A DNA stretch of 64,000 nucleotides, from assembly GCF_001194135.2 (NCBI RefSeq), contig NC_068986.1, positions 20,268,192 through 20,332,191 on the forward strand, in the 5' to 3' direction. This DNA comes from Octopus bimaculoides (lineage: Eukaryota). Shown piece by piece: positions 63,831-64,000 of this stretch. The position numbers were made by a program, and so were the translations under genes. Within the stretch, counting starts at the first letter, position 1. Each line of letters begins with the position of its first letter. The notes beneath the pieces were generated by a model that saw only the letters and a list, made by a program, of their open reading frames with translations, had not been told where the DNA came from and did not search any database.

Positions 63831-64000
63831 TAAGAATAATTTATACTGAATATATTTAACAAATGCTATTATGATAGTAACTACCGTATTTGATGGTATG
63901 AAAGACATACAGACATATTAGATACACTCCAATATCAGCAGCACATACTGAGGAAAGATGTCTTTAGTGCATGAAAGTTTATGAGAGGCTCAGCTTTGCA

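Overview
AT-rich, repeat-dense eukaryotic DNA with five assembly gaps. The SINE and microsatellite repertoire points to an octopus genome (inference). The only host-gene coding sequence I can support is two + strand exons of alpha-actinin (calponin-homology domain 1): 39600-39834 (235 nt) and 63736-63822 (87 nt), joined by a 23,901-nt GT-AG intron. The upstream coding exon (the ...LLDPAWEKQQ.. motif) was not found, so most or all of 1-39599 is probably another large intron. Nearly all entries in the ORF track are microsatellite or repeat noise. Reading the introns directly shows: (1) a heavily decayed but structurally complete ~4.5-kb Ty3/Gypsy (Mag-like) LTR retrotransposon on the - strand at ~31485-36012, with both LTRs, a gag CCHC knuckle, RT, RNase H and integrase motifs; (2) two L1/Tx1-like LINE 3' fragments; (3) a hAT MITE with a perfect 8-bp TSD and an internal 15-bp palindrome; (4) a head-to-tail trio of Helentron-type elements; (5) pogo/Tigger-like and piggyBac-like MITEs; (6) dozens of modular tRNA-derived SINEs, some forming close inverted pairs that could be ADAR substrates; (7) a pre-miRNA-sized hairpin at 2425-2480 and a decayed hammerhead-like motif. 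I found no convincing wholly new biological system. The best leads are the Gypsy fossil, the Helentron array, the hAT MITE and the hairpin/dsRNA structures. Repeat boundaries are approximate unless a TSD or TIR is cited.
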